The notes beneath the pieces were generated by a model. It had not been told where the DNA came from, ran no database searches, and worked only from the letters and a program-made list of their open reading frames with translations. Shown piece by piece: positions 63,301-64,000 of a DNA stretch of 64,000 bases; the first letter of the stretch is position 1, and each line of letters starts with the position of its first letter. Both the position numbers and the translations under genes were made by a program. Origin of the DNA: Takakia lepidozioides (Eukaryota; Plantae; Bryophyta); NCBI GenBank assembly GCA_030704615.1, contig CM060732.1, forward strand, positions 74,524,001-74,588,000. Reading direction: 5' to 3'.

Positions 63301-63877
63301 TTGGAGCCGTATAATCTAATGGAAGACTTGCGCCACATTCAACATTACATTTGCCCAACTCATAGCACTGGCACCAACAGTTCGACATGCTCTCAAGGCA
63401 TCTTTGGTGAGGAAGCGAGTAGGTACTTTTGCTCAGACCCACCACATTAACGCCCATGTCGATCCGGGCCCAGTAGAAATAGAAGTGGAGATTGCAGACC
63501 GTCTGATACGACGTTGTTTAGTGGATGATGGGAGCTCAGTCAACATCATGCCACTCTCCACCTTGTCAAAGTTAGGATTGAACATGACAGGGGAGTCTCC
63601 ATTAACTATCAAGCTGGCTGACCAACGAAAGATCAGACCAGTGGGTCACTCAGCGAATGTTCAACTAAAGACCGGAGGCTACACGTACGCGGTAGACATC
63701 CAAATCATAGATTTCCCCATTGATGAGTATTCCTACGCACTCCTACTAGGAAGGCCATGGTTGGTCCAATCCCGAGCTCGAACGGGCTGGGGGGCAGGTA
63801 CCATCACTTATGGGATAAAACCTTATACGACTACAGTCGCTTTTCTTTCGGGAGCACCTCACCACGAAAACAGATGA
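60303..63877 (+). pseudogene. Gypsy family C gag (three CCHC knuckles) and aspartic protease, disrupted
   Basis: FSGEAYENPGNHV..FPSTLRGKALTWY..TWDQIRNAFLSQF..IRQGPTEEVADFVMRF. Knuckles CSNC..H..C, CQKC..H..C and CLHC..H..C. Protease CLVDDGSSVNIM..LLLGRPWL. Confidence 0.88.
61825..62553 (+). mobile_element. Solo LTR of the chromovirus family
   Basis: Reverse complement of the 54164 and 58559 LTRs, TG..CA, 729 bp. TSD CAGCG at 61820-61824 and 62554-62558. Confidence 0.96.
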
Positions 63878-64000
63878 GGATGAGCTCAGCATGATTGGTT
63901 CTGAAGAGGAATCTGCGGACTTGAGTGAGGAGGACTGGTGGACAGATAGAGAGATCCATCCAATGTCACATACCCACCAAGTATTAGCAACCAGCACCGC

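Larger units (their letters stand above)
53227..64000 (+). mobile_element. Gypsy family C host element: split 5' LTR, tRNA-Gly PBS, gag, protease; continues beyond the window
   Basis: The LTR ends ..CTCGTCA at 59942 and the PBS TGGTGCGTCTGCCGGGAG lies at 59948-59965. The LTR start at 53227 (TGGCGACC) is tentative. The element is interrupted at 54164-59282 and 61825-62553. Confidence 0.75.

Overview
Eukaryotic nuclear DNA from a land plant. A non-seed plant such as a moss is likely, judged only from the transposon types and repeat style. One intact host gene is visible: a 10-exon ABCG half-transporter (ABCG22-like, minus strand, 22096-27684, 777 aa by my splice model). The rest is mostly nested, decayed transposons. 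(i) Three members of one DNA-transposon family sit at 1-3106, 11809-16017 and 40075-41815. They share short imperfect C..G inverted termini (CA..TG at four of five ends) and subterminal TGAGC repeats. One has a 10-bp TSD, two encode a Mutator-like DDE transposase with a distal SWIM finger, and each carries its own array of palindromic repeats. (ii) A second MULE family lies at 17550-19841. (iii) A non-chromovirus Ty3/Gypsy family is present as a 5' half (3107-9163, -) and a 3' half (about 47770-51959, +), with extra ORFs on both sides of gag-pol. (iv) An internally deleted Galadriel-like chromovirus with both LTRs (54164-59282) and a solo LTR of the same family (61825-62553) are nested in a third Gypsy with a tRNA-Gly PBS. 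(v) There are two tRNA-derived SINE families, a Tourist-like MITE, Helitron ends and LINE fragments. Two host-gene relics are present: a RING-CH retrocopy and an OYE/OPR N-terminal fragment. All alignments and counts were done by eye; no database search was run.
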